From positions 16,336 to 80,335 of IMG/VR virus record IMGVR_UViG_3300042382_000102: 64,000 bases of DNA; one strand, written 5' to 3'. A program made the position numbers and the translations under genes. Of the stretch, positions 28,397 to 37,885 are shown piece after piece. Numbering within the stretch: position 1 is the first letter of the stretch; each line of letters opens with the position of its first letter. The notes under the pieces were generated by a model, which worked only from the letters and a program-made list of their open reading frames with translations, was not told the origin of the DNA and did no database searches. The DNA is from a virus.

Positions 28397-28991
28397 GTAC
28401 CTCCTCTGGATAAACTAAATTGTAAATAGTATTTAATGTTTCAAAGGTACTATCAGACAGTTGCCCAACTACAACACTAGTAGTAATCCATCGATTTACT
28501 AAGTCTGGTCTACCTTCATGTCCAATACAAAATCCCTTTAACCGATCATGAATACCATCAGAGGAAACAGCCTCATTATCTAGTTTAACAACTAAAATAG
28601 CTAAAGGTTTACCTTTACGAAACTCTAATTCATCTCTGAATACTTTGACTAAGTGTTGACGAGCATAGCCTTCATCAAGAATCTTTTCAATATGATTCGT
28701 TGATAAATGCTTTAACTTTGACCATACAAGCGGTCCTTTACCTTCTTTGCCATAAGTACCCCATCGGAACCAATCACGAATTTTAGCATGAGGATCATCA
28801 TCATAGACTGACAAGTCTTCCCCATTATCTTCATCGTGCCATGTTCTACGGATGTACTGGACACCACCATCCACCATATACAACTTACCATTAGCATCTG
28901 TATGTTCTACATAGTCATGCACATGACAGGATTGTAATACAGTACCGTCTGGTGTCCTCATTACATTAGCTAATAATTTACGTTCATTCAC
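28362..28991 (-). CDS. Hypothetical protein
   Basis: RTPDGTVLQSCHVHDY...MVDGG...WGTYGK motif. Confidence 0.65.
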   Translation of the reverse strand: MNERKLLANVMRTPDGTVLQSCHVHDYVEHTDANGKLYMVDGGVQYIRRTWHDEDNGEDLSVYDDDPHAKIRDWFRWGTYGKEGKGPLVWSKLKHLSTNHIEKILDEGYARQHLVKVFRDELEFRKGKPLAILVVKLDNEAVSSDGIHDRLKGFCIGHEGRPDLVNRWITTSVVVGQLSDSTFETLNTIYNLVYPEEVRVEFVQRKPLN

Positions 28992-29173
28992 TTAATATCT
29001 CCACTATTAGTTAGCCATTCAAATGTATTCCATAATTGTTTAAATTTTAAATCATAGTATTTTGCTAATACTTCAATATCATTCTCGTTATCAATTCTAC
29101 GAAGATCCTCAATCACATTCATACATGCAAGGATGTCTTGCTCAAGATCGATTCTTGTGGTTTCTTTTTCCAT
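28988..29173 (-). CDS. Hypothetical protein
   Basis: ORF track; ATGA-coupled. Confidence 0.55.
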   Translation of the reverse strand: MEKETTRIDLEQDILACMNVIEDLRRIDNENDIEVLAKYYDLKFKQLWNTFEWLTNSGDIK

Positions 29174-29260
29174 ACAATGTAAATTCCATTTGCGTTAAGT
29201 TTAGCCCATTCAATAGCCTCTTTACGAGTTTTGAATACCTTGTCAAGATTACCCGTTGTC

Positions 29261-29473
29261 CTACAAATCCACTTCATTTTCAGCTTTCCAAATATTTATT
29301 TCAGATGGTGTCATATAGTATTCCAATATTGCTTGTATGTGAGGTAAAATACTTCTGTCTAAAACATTATTATTTGAACTGTGAGTATTAATAAACTTAT
29401 AGTTTGCCTTTAATTCTTGAACAATTATTAAGTCAATTTGTTCAGGTTCTAAATCAATAGTTACTCTAGTCAT
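29261..29473 (-). CDS. Hypothetical protein
   Basis: ORF track. Confidence 0.5.
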   Translation of the reverse strand: MTRVTIDLEPEQIDLIIVQELKANYKFINTHSSNNNVLDRSILPHIQAILEYYMTPSEINIWKAENEVDL

Positions 29474-29612
29474 TTTGCTGCTTCCATATATAATCCTACA
29501 TTACCTAATGCATAACCTACAAAGGCAATACCTAATCCTGTACTGCCCTTCATAAGTAAATCGATTGCTACTACAGTGTATACAACACCTACTACTCCGA
29601 TCAACCAAGCGC

Positions 29613-29837
29613 TCATTTTATTTCCTCATAAATAGTGTCATTATATGTGTCTTTAAAAGACCATACTCGATTACAAGAAGAGCAGCTTAACTTACCAGTA
29701 GTTACACTTAAATCTACTGCTAAATTATTTCCTTCTTTGTCATACATAGGCGCAGAATAACCACCTGTCCTATCGGTATCAGTAAGCGTAAACCTACAAT
29801 CACTTCTCATACAATCTAACAATTTAAAGTTTTTCAT
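29613..29837 (-). CDS. Hypothetical Cys-containing (possible Zn-ribbon) protein
   Basis: CxxxxC and CSSC motifs. Confidence 0.5.
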   Translation of the reverse strand: MKNFKLLDCMRSDCRFTLTDTDRTGGYSAPMYDKEGNNLAVDLSVTTGKLSCSSCNRVWSFKDTYNDTIYEEIK

Positions 29838-30139
29838 GTGTGTTCAATTATTTTAATACCAGCCTCTTTAATAGCTGACATACAGATCGGACAAGGTTTG
29901 GCATTTAATGAATCACCCTGTCTGCCGTATCTAGCTACAAAGATTCTGTGAGCTTTGTTTAAATCTTTACATTTAAGAATAGCATGTACCTCTGCGTGTA
30001 AATATATTTTATATGGTTCACCAACCCCCACAGCATGTTTTGCCATAAGAGGGTGGCTCTTCACATAATTATTTTGACCTACAGAAAGTACACGTCCCTT
30101 CTTATCATATAAGATAGCAGTCAGGGCATGCTTAGTCAT
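29834..30139 (-). CDS. Cytidine/deoxycytidylate deaminase-like protein
   Basis: HAE and PCPIC zinc motifs. Confidence 0.8.
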   Translation of the reverse strand: MTKHALTAILYDKKGRVLSVGQNNYVKSHPLMAKHAVGVGEPYKIYLHAEVHAILKCKDLNKAHRIFVARYGRQGDSLNAKPCPICMSAIKEAGIKIIEHT

Positions 30140-30420
30140 TACTCGTAATCGTAATCCCAGTCAATATCTTTTTGGTTTAAAAATGCATCACTGATTTCAT
30201 CAAGAATATCTTCCTTAATAATATCTGTAACATCTACCCCTTTAAGACTAACAGAGATTACATTTGCTACCGCATCATAATCTGGGTCAAGTTGTAGACC
30301 TGTACCGTATTCTCGAGAACCCCTCTCACCTGGCTCATACTCAATTTTACAATCAAGAAATAAACTTCCATATTTAAAAGTATAATCGTGATCTCTAAAA
30401 TAAACTTTAGTTGTACTCAT
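30139..30420 (-). CDS. Hypothetical protein
   Basis: ORF track; GAGG RBS. Confidence 0.55.
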   Translation of the reverse strand: MSTTKVYFRDHDYTFKYGSLFLDCKIEYEPGERGSREYGTGLQLDPDYDAVANVISVSLKGVDVTDIIKEDILDEISDAFLNQKDIDWDYDYE

Positions 30421-30561
30421 ATTACCTCATGTGTAAAGCTTGGATTAAAATATTAATGGATTGGATTACCATTTGCTGTCGTTGGATTCCTAACTTATGC
30501 CAATCAGGTAAAGGTTCAGGCCATTTAGCACGAATAGCATCATAGTACTTTTCTACATCGC

Positions 30562-30780
30562 TCATTCTAACTTCAACTCCATTTCACAATAAACATCATC
30601 ATTAAAACGTTCAGCAACCCACTCTTCAGGATCACCTGTTCTAGCTTTCTTTATACCATAAGGTATATCATCAAAATAGTGGTCATAAAGGTCTTGAAAT
30701 AATTCGTCTGACATATCCCATCTTTCTAAAAAATTAGGAATTTCTTCCTTGTGCTTTTCACATATTTCAGTTAGTGTCAT
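30562..30780 (-). CDS. Hypothetical protein
   Basis: IPYGIKKARTGDPEEWV motif. Confidence 0.6.
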   Translation of the reverse strand: MTLTEICEKHKEEIPNFLERWDMSDELFQDLYDHYFDDIPYGIKKARTGDPEEWVAERFNDDVYCEMELKLE

Positions 30781-31003
30781 AAATCTGTTCTGCTAAATTA
30801 CAGATGTCCCAGAATGGTGCTCTACGAATTGATGCATTATCTGGCAATTCAATCCAAAAGTCATTCCAGAAATAAGGGGTATTCATCTTCATATTGCGAT
30901 CAATATAATACTTTCTTACAGTATTAAAAATATGAATATAGTAATCATGAGCATAAACTAACTCAACTACTTTTGCATGTTCTTCATCTGAGATCATATT
31001 CAA
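30767..31003 (-). CDS. Hypothetical protein
   Basis: ORF track. Confidence 0.5.
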   Translation of the reverse strand: MNMISDEEHAKVVELVYAHDYYIHIFNTVRKYYIDRNMKMNTPYFWNDFWIELPDNASIRRAPFWDICNLAEQIYDTN

Positions 31004-31187
31004 CCTTGTTTAAAAATACTTCTGCATCTTCTTTAGTTTTAAATGGTCCATAGATATTATCTGAATCATAGTGATAAGCAGTAAATGTATTATCATTAGG
31101 GTCTTCAGTTACATCACCAATTGGATAGCCAAATAAATCTTCAAGAGTATAAACTATTTTCATACTGTGTTTCCTAAGAATGTCCAT
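30984..31187 (-). CDS. Hypothetical protein
   Basis: YGPFKTKEDA motif. Confidence 0.5.
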   Translation of the reverse strand: MDILRKHSMKIVYTLEDLFGYPIGDVTEDPNDNTFTAYHYDSDNIYGPFKTKEDAEVFLNKVEYDLR

Positions 31188-31414
31188 GTTTTAGGTAATA
31201 TAAATCCAAACTCTCTCTTGAATTTGAATCTCATAAATACCTGAAGTTCTTCAAATGTCTTTTCTAATAAAACTTTCTTTATATAGATTTGTGCTAATAT
31301 TTGCCTTGTCTTTTTATCTAATAATTGAACTTTAATTGTACCGTCTTTCTCTGGTCTAAAACGATTATATGCAATAATGACTTGCTCCAATTTAACATTT
31401 TTATTGGCGTTCAT
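31160..31414 (-). CDS. Hypothetical protein
   Basis: ORF track. Confidence 0.5.
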   Translation of the reverse strand: MNANKNVKLEQVIIAYNRFRPEKDGTIKVQLLDKKTRQILAQIYIKKVLLEKTFEELQVFMRFKFKREFGFILPKTWTFLGNTV

Positions 31415-31560
31415 TCTCGATTACCCTATAAAGTTCTTTTCTTAAAATAGCTAACTCGTCTAGAGTGTCAACTGTTGCTTCTCCTGAGATTTGTATTAGG
31501 CTTAGTAGCAAGAATCGTTTAACGATTTTATCTTGCTCTCGAATTAACTTATTTACTACT

Positions 31561-31758
31561 TTAATCAATCCAAGTTGCTCCTACTACTGATGGATAAAAT
31601 CCGCTTACCATATTATTTTTCTTTACATATACTAATCCAGTAGAACTAGAGTTATGTGGTTTAACGAAACTAACAATTTCACAAAGATCACCACGGAAGG
31701 TTTTAACTTTATCTCCTTCCATTACACAACGACCTGTATCATCATAAACTAGTTTCAT
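31561..31758 (-). CDS. Hypothetical protein
   Basis: ORF track; AGGAG RBS. Confidence 0.55.
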   Translation of the reverse strand: MKLVYDDTGRCVMEGDKVKTFRGDLCEIVSFVKPHNSSSTGLVYVKKNNMVSGFYPSVVGATWID

Positions 31759-31760
31759 GT

Positions 31761-32906
31761 TTACTCCTTGTATAATATATCAAACAAATACTCAATTACT
31801 TGATGCTCTTCATAACCTACACGAATCATATCTTCTGCATCAAGAATAACTTCCTCTGTTAATGCATTTCTATTTAAGAATTTAATTGCAGTATCTGGAT
31901 TTTCAGGATGAATAAAGTTAGCTACTAAGTTTAATAACTCTGTCTTTAAACCAAACTTAGCATCTGCTAAACAATCAATCAACGCAGTAGCTTCTTCCGT
32001 ATATGTTGTTGGACCTACAGGATCTTCATCGTTATCTAAACCATAATCAGCAGAAGGAGTTCCATAGTTACTATAGCCATAAGCATCTTTATTATAGGTA
32101 GGGAATGAGGTATAATAAGTAGGCGCAAGCTCATCTGGATCTGGTAAACTTGGATCACGAACTACTGGTAATTTATCCCATTGCATTTCTAATACAGCTT
32201 TAGCTAAGTCTTCAAAGTGAATTATATCTAATTTTTCATTAGGTGTATGTTCAGAATAATAACCAACACTAATATTAGTACATTCAGGGATTATTCCAGA
32301 GAATTCAGCAGTATCAGTATAAACACCAGTATCATCAGGGACATACATAAAATCAGGGCATAAATCGTTAAGCTGATCAGATAATGCGTAAGCAAAATCA
32401 TCAGAGCAAGTACGACCACACATTTGATGAGTAATAACACTATGAGTTCCTTTACGATCAAATGTAATTGCCTTAGTAAACTGTTCAACTAATTCTTGAT
32501 CATTTAACGCTAGCCAGCTAGAACCGATACCGCCTTTTTCTTCGCCTTGAAAGAACACATAGTAACCAGGTACTCTATGGTCAATCATATGAAGTAAAAT
32601 AGCAACACCTGCACCGTCATCAGCGCCAAGAGGTTTTCCACCATCAGCTAATAAGTATTGGCCCTCATATTTAAAAGTATTAAAGCCATCTTCACGATGT
32701 ACAGTGTCTACGTGAGCAGTAAACATAGTTTCGTTAGATGAATCATCTCTCATGTCAACATGAATATTACCACAGAAATCTACGGATAGATCTCCCTCAC
32801 CAACACGTTCTACAATATAGTTACATAGCGCAGTTACTCCAGTTCCACCATGTGGTCTCTTGAAGGATAACGCATATTCTAGATCTTTGATTAATTGAGT
32901 CTTCAT
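31761..32906 (-). CDS. M20/M28-family zinc peptidase-like protein
   Basis: AHVDTVH, LGADDGAG, GEEKGGIGS, YTDT and EHT metal-ligand motifs. Confidence 0.85.
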   Translation of the reverse strand: MKTQLIKDLEYALSFKRPHGGTGVTALCNYIVERVGEGDLSVDFCGNIHVDMRDDSSNETMFTAHVDTVHREDGFNTFKYEGQYLLADGGKPLGADDGAGVAILLHMIDHRVPGYYVFFQGEEKGGIGSSWLALNDQELVEQFTKAITFDRKGTHSVITHQMCGRTCSDDFAYALSDQLNDLCPDFMYVPDDTGVYTDTAEFSGIIPECTNISVGYYSEHTPNEKLDIIHFEDLAKAVLEMQWDKLPVVRDPSLPDPDELAPTYYTSFPTYNKDAYGYSNYGTPSADYGLDNDEDPVGPTTYTEEATALIDCLADAKFGLKTELLNLVANFIHPENPDTAIKFLNRNALTEEVILDAEDMIRVGYEEHQVIEYLFDILYKE

Positions 32907-34252
32907 TCTGTTTCTTCCAATGTTACTGGCAAATGTTCAGGGTGATAAGTCTTACCATTAAATTCTACAGGCTCTGCATCATCTATTAAATACCAAGTAA
33001 GTGATGCGTAACAGCAATACACTTCATGTCTTGGATAAGCAATACCATCATGCAAGAGCACCCAGTCTTTTTCTGGACCTACATCAGATTTTAATACACG
33101 GATATCGTCACTATTAGTCTCATATGTATCCTCTTCTTTAGCATACTCACCATCTTGTACTTCTACTAAATCATGATGATCTAAATACTCCATATGGTAG
33201 TATTCGCCTTCAAATGTAATCACATTATCTTCATGAATACGCTCTTTATAGAGAGTACTATCTACATAAGCCATTACATAATAGTTATCTGCACAATCAT
33301 AGCAAACATCATCATCTTCGTATACAGATCTCATATCATCTGAATTATAGTACTCATCGCAGCAATTACAATGACAATCAGCACTATTGCAAGGAGCGCC
33401 ATCAGTATTAGTACATTCAAAGTCACCATCTTCACAAATAACTAAGCTATGTGGAACCCCTTTATAAGTCATTCCACTTCTTTTACTTACTCGCTGATGT
33501 TCTCCGTCAATATACGGAGCTAAGAATTCACTATTGTTACTAAAATACTTTAATGGAGCGCCATCAGGCCATCCATCATAGTGCATGTAACCACTCTCTT
33601 TTAACCAATACTCTAATGCCTCATCAGCATAACTATAATCAGTCCCTCTCTTATAAGTACGAACAAAACATTTTTGCTTATCATCATCAGAATGCCATAC
33701 TAAAGCACGACCATTAATTGACTTTGTATCAGGGTCAAGTCTAACTGCAGCTTTCCAACCTAGTTCAGGTGCATAAACCCGATAAGGATGTAAATAATCA
33801 GGGCAATATTCATCATGTCCAGGTGTATAGGCAGAATCCCAAGTCATGCAAGAACGTGGACCTTTCTGAACACTTAGAATAATACCATCTGAGTCTTCCC
33901 AGATCTCAAATGTATCATTACGACATTTAGTAGCAAAGTCACGGATCTCATGATCTTTTAACTGTGGAAACATTCTACGGATATAACGTCCGAAGGTAGT
34001 AACAGTTTGACGATCACTTTCGCCTGAACGCTCATCACGAGTAAATGCAACATTACTAGCATCCTTAATAGACATATGAGGATACTCTAATGCTAACAAG
34101 CGATAATTTTCAGGAACATGTTTCTTCATGATATCTTTAATCACAGGGTGAAACTCATAAGCCCTCTGTTCTCTTGCATGCCAATCTCTTGACATACGGA
34201 GAATCTCTAATACTACAGGAAATTTAACTTCTAACTCTTGAATTGTGATCAT
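32903..34252 (-). CDS. Hypothetical protein with Cys/acidic C-terminal region
   Basis: 449 aa; SCMT, APYIDG and several CxxC motifs; ATGA-coupled to peptidase. Confidence 0.7.
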   Translation of the reverse strand: MITIQELEVKFPVVLEILRMSRDWHAREQRAYEFHPVIKDIMKKHVPENYRLLALEYPHMSIKDASNVAFTRDERSGESDRQTVTTFGRYIRRMFPQLKDHEIRDFATKCRNDTFEIWEDSDGIILSVQKGPRSCMTWDSAYTPGHDEYCPDYLHPYRVYAPELGWKAAVRLDPDTKSINGRALVWHSDDDKQKCFVRTYKRGTDYSYADEALEYWLKESGYMHYDGWPDGAPLKYFSNNSEFLAPYIDGEHQRVSKRSGMTYKGVPHSLVICEDGDFECTNTDGAPCNSADCHCNCCDEYYNSDDMRSVYEDDDVCYDCADNYYVMAYVDSTLYKERIHEDNVITFEGEYYHMEYLDHHDLVEVQDGEYAKEEDTYETNSDDIRVLKSDVGPEKDWVLLHDGIAYPRHEVYCCYASLTWYLIDDAEPVEFNGKTYHPEHLPVTLEETE

Positions 34253-34577
34253 TTATTTCTCTTGAAAGATTTAAAATATAATTTGCTTTCTGGAAAACCC
34301 AAGGGTTTCTGTGTGGCAGATGTGCTCCAGTAGCTCCATCCCAATCTCTAAATTCCCAATCGTAAAAATCAATTCTTAAACAACTTGGGTGTTCTTCTTG
34401 TAGTTTTTGTAATTCATCAGCCCATGCTTGCCACTGATGATCAGAGATTATGCTTTCATTTAGCTCATAATAGATACACGAATGTATTAACATTTGTGAT
34501 CTTCGCCTTCTTACTAATTCTACTAATTCGCTTGAACAAATAGTTTTAGTAGTCGTTATTTTCTTAGGCCGTGGCAT
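34224..34577 (-). CDS. Stand-alone protein resembling N-terminal subdomain Ia of NAD-dependent DNA ligase
   Basis: HSCIYYELNESIISDHQWQAWADELQKLQEEHP resembles the LigA HxxxYYxxDxPxIxDxEYDxLxxELxxLExxxP pattern. Confidence 0.65.
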   Translation of the reverse strand: MPRPKKITTTKTICSSELVELVRRRRSQMLIHSCIYYELNESIISDHQWQAWADELQKLQEEHPSCLRIDFYDWEFRDWDGATGAHLPHRNPWVFQKANYILNLSREINDHNSRVRS

Positions 34578-34836
34578 CTTCCCTACTCAATATTTTAAAG
34601 AGAGTTTCTTGTCTGATTCTTGTAGGTGGGCCATCTTCTAATAATTCAAGTGTATCCTGAAGTAGACTAATGTTATCCCATTCAAAAGAGTATCTTGACT
34701 GAATAACATTACTAGATTTAATCATACGTAATGCTAAATATGCTCCGTAGCTAGAGGTATAACTAAAGTTAGTAGTATTGTTAATTGCATGAATTTCTTC
34801 TAACAATTCATTTGCTAGTGTCGTCAGTGTTTTCAT
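34564..34836 (-). CDS. Hypothetical protein
   Basis: ORF track. Confidence 0.5.
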   Translation of the reverse strand: MKTLTTLANELLEEIHAINNTTNFSYTSSYGAYLALRMIKSSNVIQSRYSFEWDNISLLQDTLELLEDGPPTRIRQETLFKILSREDATA

Positions 34837-35113
34837 CTGTAAGTTCCTTTATGATATAAGACCTTGTATCAAATATTGTGGAGTTATGAGGGTTATAAGT
34901 ATCCCTCCAACTAAACCTTCTTCCTCTACTTTCCATCTCAAATCTACGCTTACTATTAATATTACTTACTGCCATAGCTACTATCTTATCTGCAAAGAAA
35001 TGTTCTCTTCCTTTCTGATCTGCTTTTGGTTTAAAATCTTTTAATTCTCCAAGTAGTTTGTATTCTTTTAATACTCTTCTAGCTTCTATTGATAATGTAT
35101 TTGATTTAACCAT
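34808..35113 (-). CDS. Hypothetical basic protein
   Basis: ORF track. Confidence 0.5.
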   Translation of the reverse strand: MVKSNTLSIEARRVLKEYKLLGELKDFKPKADQKGREHFFADKIVAMAVSNINSKRRFEMESRGRRFSWRDTYNPHNSTIFDTRSYIIKELTDENTDDTSK

Positions 35114-35318
35114 CTATATCCTTTTTACATAATGCACAAACTTTATTTAATTTAGGAAGTGAGTCTAATGCTTCAGAGAGCCCCTCATAAGCATAGTGAC
35201 TAGCACAGGCATAACCATTTTCGAAATCATTCTTAATATCATCTGTTTTACTTTCATTTTTAAATCTATCTAAAAGTTTAATTAGTAATTTATAATTCTC
35301 GATTGGAATTGATATCAT
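35106..35318 (-). CDS. Hypothetical protein
   Basis: ORF track; GAGG RBS. Confidence 0.5.
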   Translation of the reverse strand: MISIPIENYKLLIKLLDRFKNESKTDDIKNDFENGYACASHYAYEGLSEALDSLPKLNKVCALCKKDIDG

Positions 35319-35490
35319 TTAACCTCTTTAAAATACGTGTGATTTGGCCAAGACTTTTATTATAAGAATGTTTAAGTTCCTCATTAGTACATAATGAATT
35401 AGAGAATTGCCAATAACTCTTTTCCATTTGCTGTTCTACTTCCTTTAGTTCATAATGTAACCAATCTTCAATATCTTTTTCACTTATCAT
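35290..35490 (-). CDS. Hypothetical protein
   Basis: ORF track; AAGGA RBS. Confidence 0.5.
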   Translation of the reverse strand: MISEKDIEDWLHYELKEVEQQMEKSYWQFSNSLCTNEELKHSYNKSLGQITRILKRLNDINSNREL

Positions 35491-35502
35491 AGTATCCTTA
35501 AT

Positions 35503-35533
35503 AAAATAGCCCCAACTATTTCTAGTCAGGGCT
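35503..35533 (-). terminator. Intrinsic terminator after ClpP gene
   Basis: AGCCCTGACTA-GAAA-TAGTTGGGGCT-ATTTT. Confidence 0.65.
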
Positions 35534-35537
35534 TGGG

Positions 35538-36263
35538 TTATGGATTCTTAATCACTTCATCTACAATACCATGTATAACTGCTTCATCTGGAGAGAAGAA
35601 ACAATCTGATTGTTGTAGTAAGTGTTTACGAATATATGCTACAGATTTACCTGTACATTTACGATAATGGGTTAGCATTCTTGCTGAATCTAATTGGAAA
35701 TCTTTTGAGGCAGCAGCTATTTCATGTTCTTTACCAACTACTCCACGAGAGAATTGATGAGACATTACAGAACAATTTTCAGTAATAAACCGATTGCCTT
35801 TAGCTCCAGCCATTAATAACATTACCCCAGCAGATGCAATTTCACCTGTACCAATAGTAGCTATTGGAATAGTAGACTGTTTAATAGTGTCAATTAAATG
35901 ATATGCTGATGAAACAAAACCACCTGGACTGTTAATAAATAGTACTAATTTAGTTGGTTGATCTTCTTTAGCCATAAGATTATATTCCATAATAGCCATA
36001 ATAATAGGCTGTACAGAATCGTCTTCTACTTCACCCATAAGATACATAATGCCATTACGCATAATGTTCTTTCCAAACCAATAGTAATTACCTTCATTAT
36101 CTTCAGGAATTACAGGTTGAGGTGGATTTGGGGACTCTGGCTCTTGAGGTGCTTTAGGTCTAGCCTTCGCATTAAATACACTTGAGTAGCTTTTGAACTG
36201 GCAACCGAATAGTTTGCTCATCTGATAATTCCTTAGTTGAAATAAATAGCTCTGCTGGTTCAA
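35538..36263 (-). CDS. clpP: ClpP-like serine protease
   Basis: INSPGG, GEIASAG (catalytic Ser), MSHQ (His), DCFFSPDEA...GIVD. Confidence 0.88.
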   Translation of the reverse strand: MNQQSYLFQLRNYQMSKLFGCQFKSYSSVFNAKARPKAPQEPESPNPPQPVIPEDNEGNYYWFGKNIMRNGIMYLMGEVEDDSVQPIIMAIMEYNLMAKEDQPTKLVLFINSPGGFVSSAYHLIDTIKQSTIPIATIGTGEIASAGVMLLMAGAKGNRFITENCSVMSHQFSRGVVGKEHEIAAASKDFQLDSARMLTHYRKCTGKSVAYIRKHLLQQSDCFFSPDEAVIHGIVDEVIKNP

Positions 36264-36513
36264 GATAAATATCTGCTGGAGTTGTTACTTTCCAACGACC
36301 AATAGATCCTGACCGATTAATAATTTTGTTGTTTAGTTCATTTAACGCAACTAAATCTGTAGAACCACTTACAATAAATGTAATACCAGTATCCCATAAA
36401 TCATCAACAAGTTTTGTAGTTGTCTTGTTAATATCATCAATAATTAACCTAAACTGAGAGACATGAACAGTACTATTAACTACAAAGTCTTTAATTTGAT
36501 CCGTCAATGTCAT
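36172..36513 (-). CDS. Hypothetical protein
   Basis: Likely start MTLTDQIK; upstream part of the track ORF overlaps another gene. Confidence 0.5.
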   Translation of the reverse strand: MTLTDQIKDFVVNSTVHVSQFRLIIDDINKTTTKLVDDLWDTGITFIVSGSTDLVALNELNNKIINRSGSIGRWKVTTPADIYLEPAELFISTKELSDEQTIRLPVQKLLKCI

Positions 36514-36691
36514 CGTCTTCTTCGGAACTATATTCGTCCCACCATCTTCCTTGTTGTCGCTCTCGCTTATAGGGTCTTTTGTGTCTATCTGAGTGAGAGG
36601 TTCGCTCGTCTTTAAATTGCTTTTCTTCACGTTCTAATTCCTGCCAATTTGTGGTATTATTTCTGTTCATCTGTGTAACTACGTTTAACAC
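36491..36691 (-). CDS. Small highly charged hypothetical protein
   Basis: ORF track; probable start MNRNN. Confidence 0.45.
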   Translation of the reverse strand: MLNVVTQMNRNNTTNWQELEREEKQFKDERTSHSDRHKRPYKRERQQGRWWDEYSSEEDDDIDGSN

Positions 36692-36908
36692 CTAACTTAT
36701 CCGCTTTCTTTTGTAGATATACTGCAAAGAATTTTACAAGATCTTCTGAATCTTCAAAAGAAGATCCTTCTACAATAGATAAAGAAACTCTCTCAAAATG
36801 ATTCATAATTTCTTCTGGATTTGTTACACTTAATGCTGATAAAGTATGGTTAACACCTTGATCAACCATATTTGTAAGTTTAATTTTATCTGATGGAGTC
36901 ATTACCAA
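36657..36908 (-). CDS. Hypothetical protein
   Basis: ORF track; follows nrdB. Confidence 0.55.
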   Translation of the reverse strand: MVMTPSDKIKLTNMVDQGVNHTLSALSVTNPEEIMNHFERVSLSIVEGSSFEDSEDLVKFFAVYLQKKADKLGVKRSYTDEQK

Positions 36909-37885
36909 TCCCAGTTACCATTCATACCATTAACACTATACTCAGTAACACGCTTCTCAAAGAAGTTATCGTGAGATACACCTGATAAAACCCAGTCAAG
37001 CCAAGTTAAAGGATTTTCTTTTACTCGGAATACTGGTTTTAAACCAAGCTGAATAAGGCGACGATCTGTGATAAATCTAATATAATTTCTTACATCTTCT
37101 TTAGTTAATCCTTCAATTTTATTACCAGTAAAGGCAAGATCAATAAACCTATCTTCTAACTCAACAGCTTCTTTAGCCATTTGATAAATTTTAGATTTAA
37201 ACTCATCATTGATAATACGAGGATGTTCTTCACAATACTTACGGAATAATGCCGCACCGCCCTCTACATGTACTGTTTCATCTCGAATAGACCATTCAAC
37301 TACAGTTCCCATACCTTTCATTTTACCGAAACGTTGGAAGTTAAGTAACATAACAAATGAAGCGAATAAAGCAACACCTTCATTAAATACACCTTTGGCT
37401 AAAGTTAAAGCTACGCCAGAATGTGTTCCTGTATCATTAGATTGCATAAAGTCAATCTTATCTGCCATCTCTTTGTATTCTAAAAATCGATGATATTCTT
37501 CATCAGGCAAACCTAGGGTATCATTCAATAGTGCATAAGCTCTTTGATGAGTACCTTCACGACCAGCAAAGGAACCTAGCATAACACGAACTTCATTGTT
37601 CTTAAATTTAGGTATTAAATAGTCATAATAGTTTTGACCTACTTGAACATCACCTTGAGTAAATAATCTTAAGATATGAGTAATAAACTCTTTTTCCTGA
37701 TCATTTAACTTTAGTTTCCAATCTGATACATCTTCAGATAAATCAGCTTCATCTTCAGTCCAATGAATTTCTTCATGTTTCTTTGTTAAATCTACAGCCC
37801 AATCATGAAAGAAAGGTTTATAAGTTTTATTAAAAGTGGTTAATGTTGATGCAGGAATATTATCCTTCACAAGCTTTGCATTCAT
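36902..37885 (-). CDS. nrdB: Ribonucleotide reductase class Ia beta subunit
   Basis: FTQGD, REGTHQRAY, EGVALF, RDETVH iron ligands; NFFEKRVTEY. Confidence 0.95.
   Translation of the reverse strand: MNAKLVKDNIPASTLTTFNKTYKPFFHDWAVDLTKKHEEIHWTEDEADLSEDVSDWKLKLNDQEKEFITHILRLFTQGDVQVGQNYYDYLIPKFKNNEVRVMLGSFAGREGTHQRAYALLNDTLGLPDEEYHRFLEYKEMADKIDFMQSNDTGTHSGVALTLAKGVFNEGVALFASFVMLLNFQRFGKMKGMGTVVEWSIRDETVHVEGGAALFRKYCEEHPRIINDEFKSKIYQMAKEAVELEDRFIDLAFTGNKIEGLTKEDVRNYIRFITDRRLIQLGLKPVFRVKENPLTWLDWVLSGVSHDNFFEKRVTEYSVNGMNGNWDW

Noticed and set aside
36514-36630. N-terminal 39 codons of track ORF 36172..36630
   Set aside because: Overlaps ORF 36491..36691 in another frame; the later ATG (MTLTDQ) gives normal gene packing
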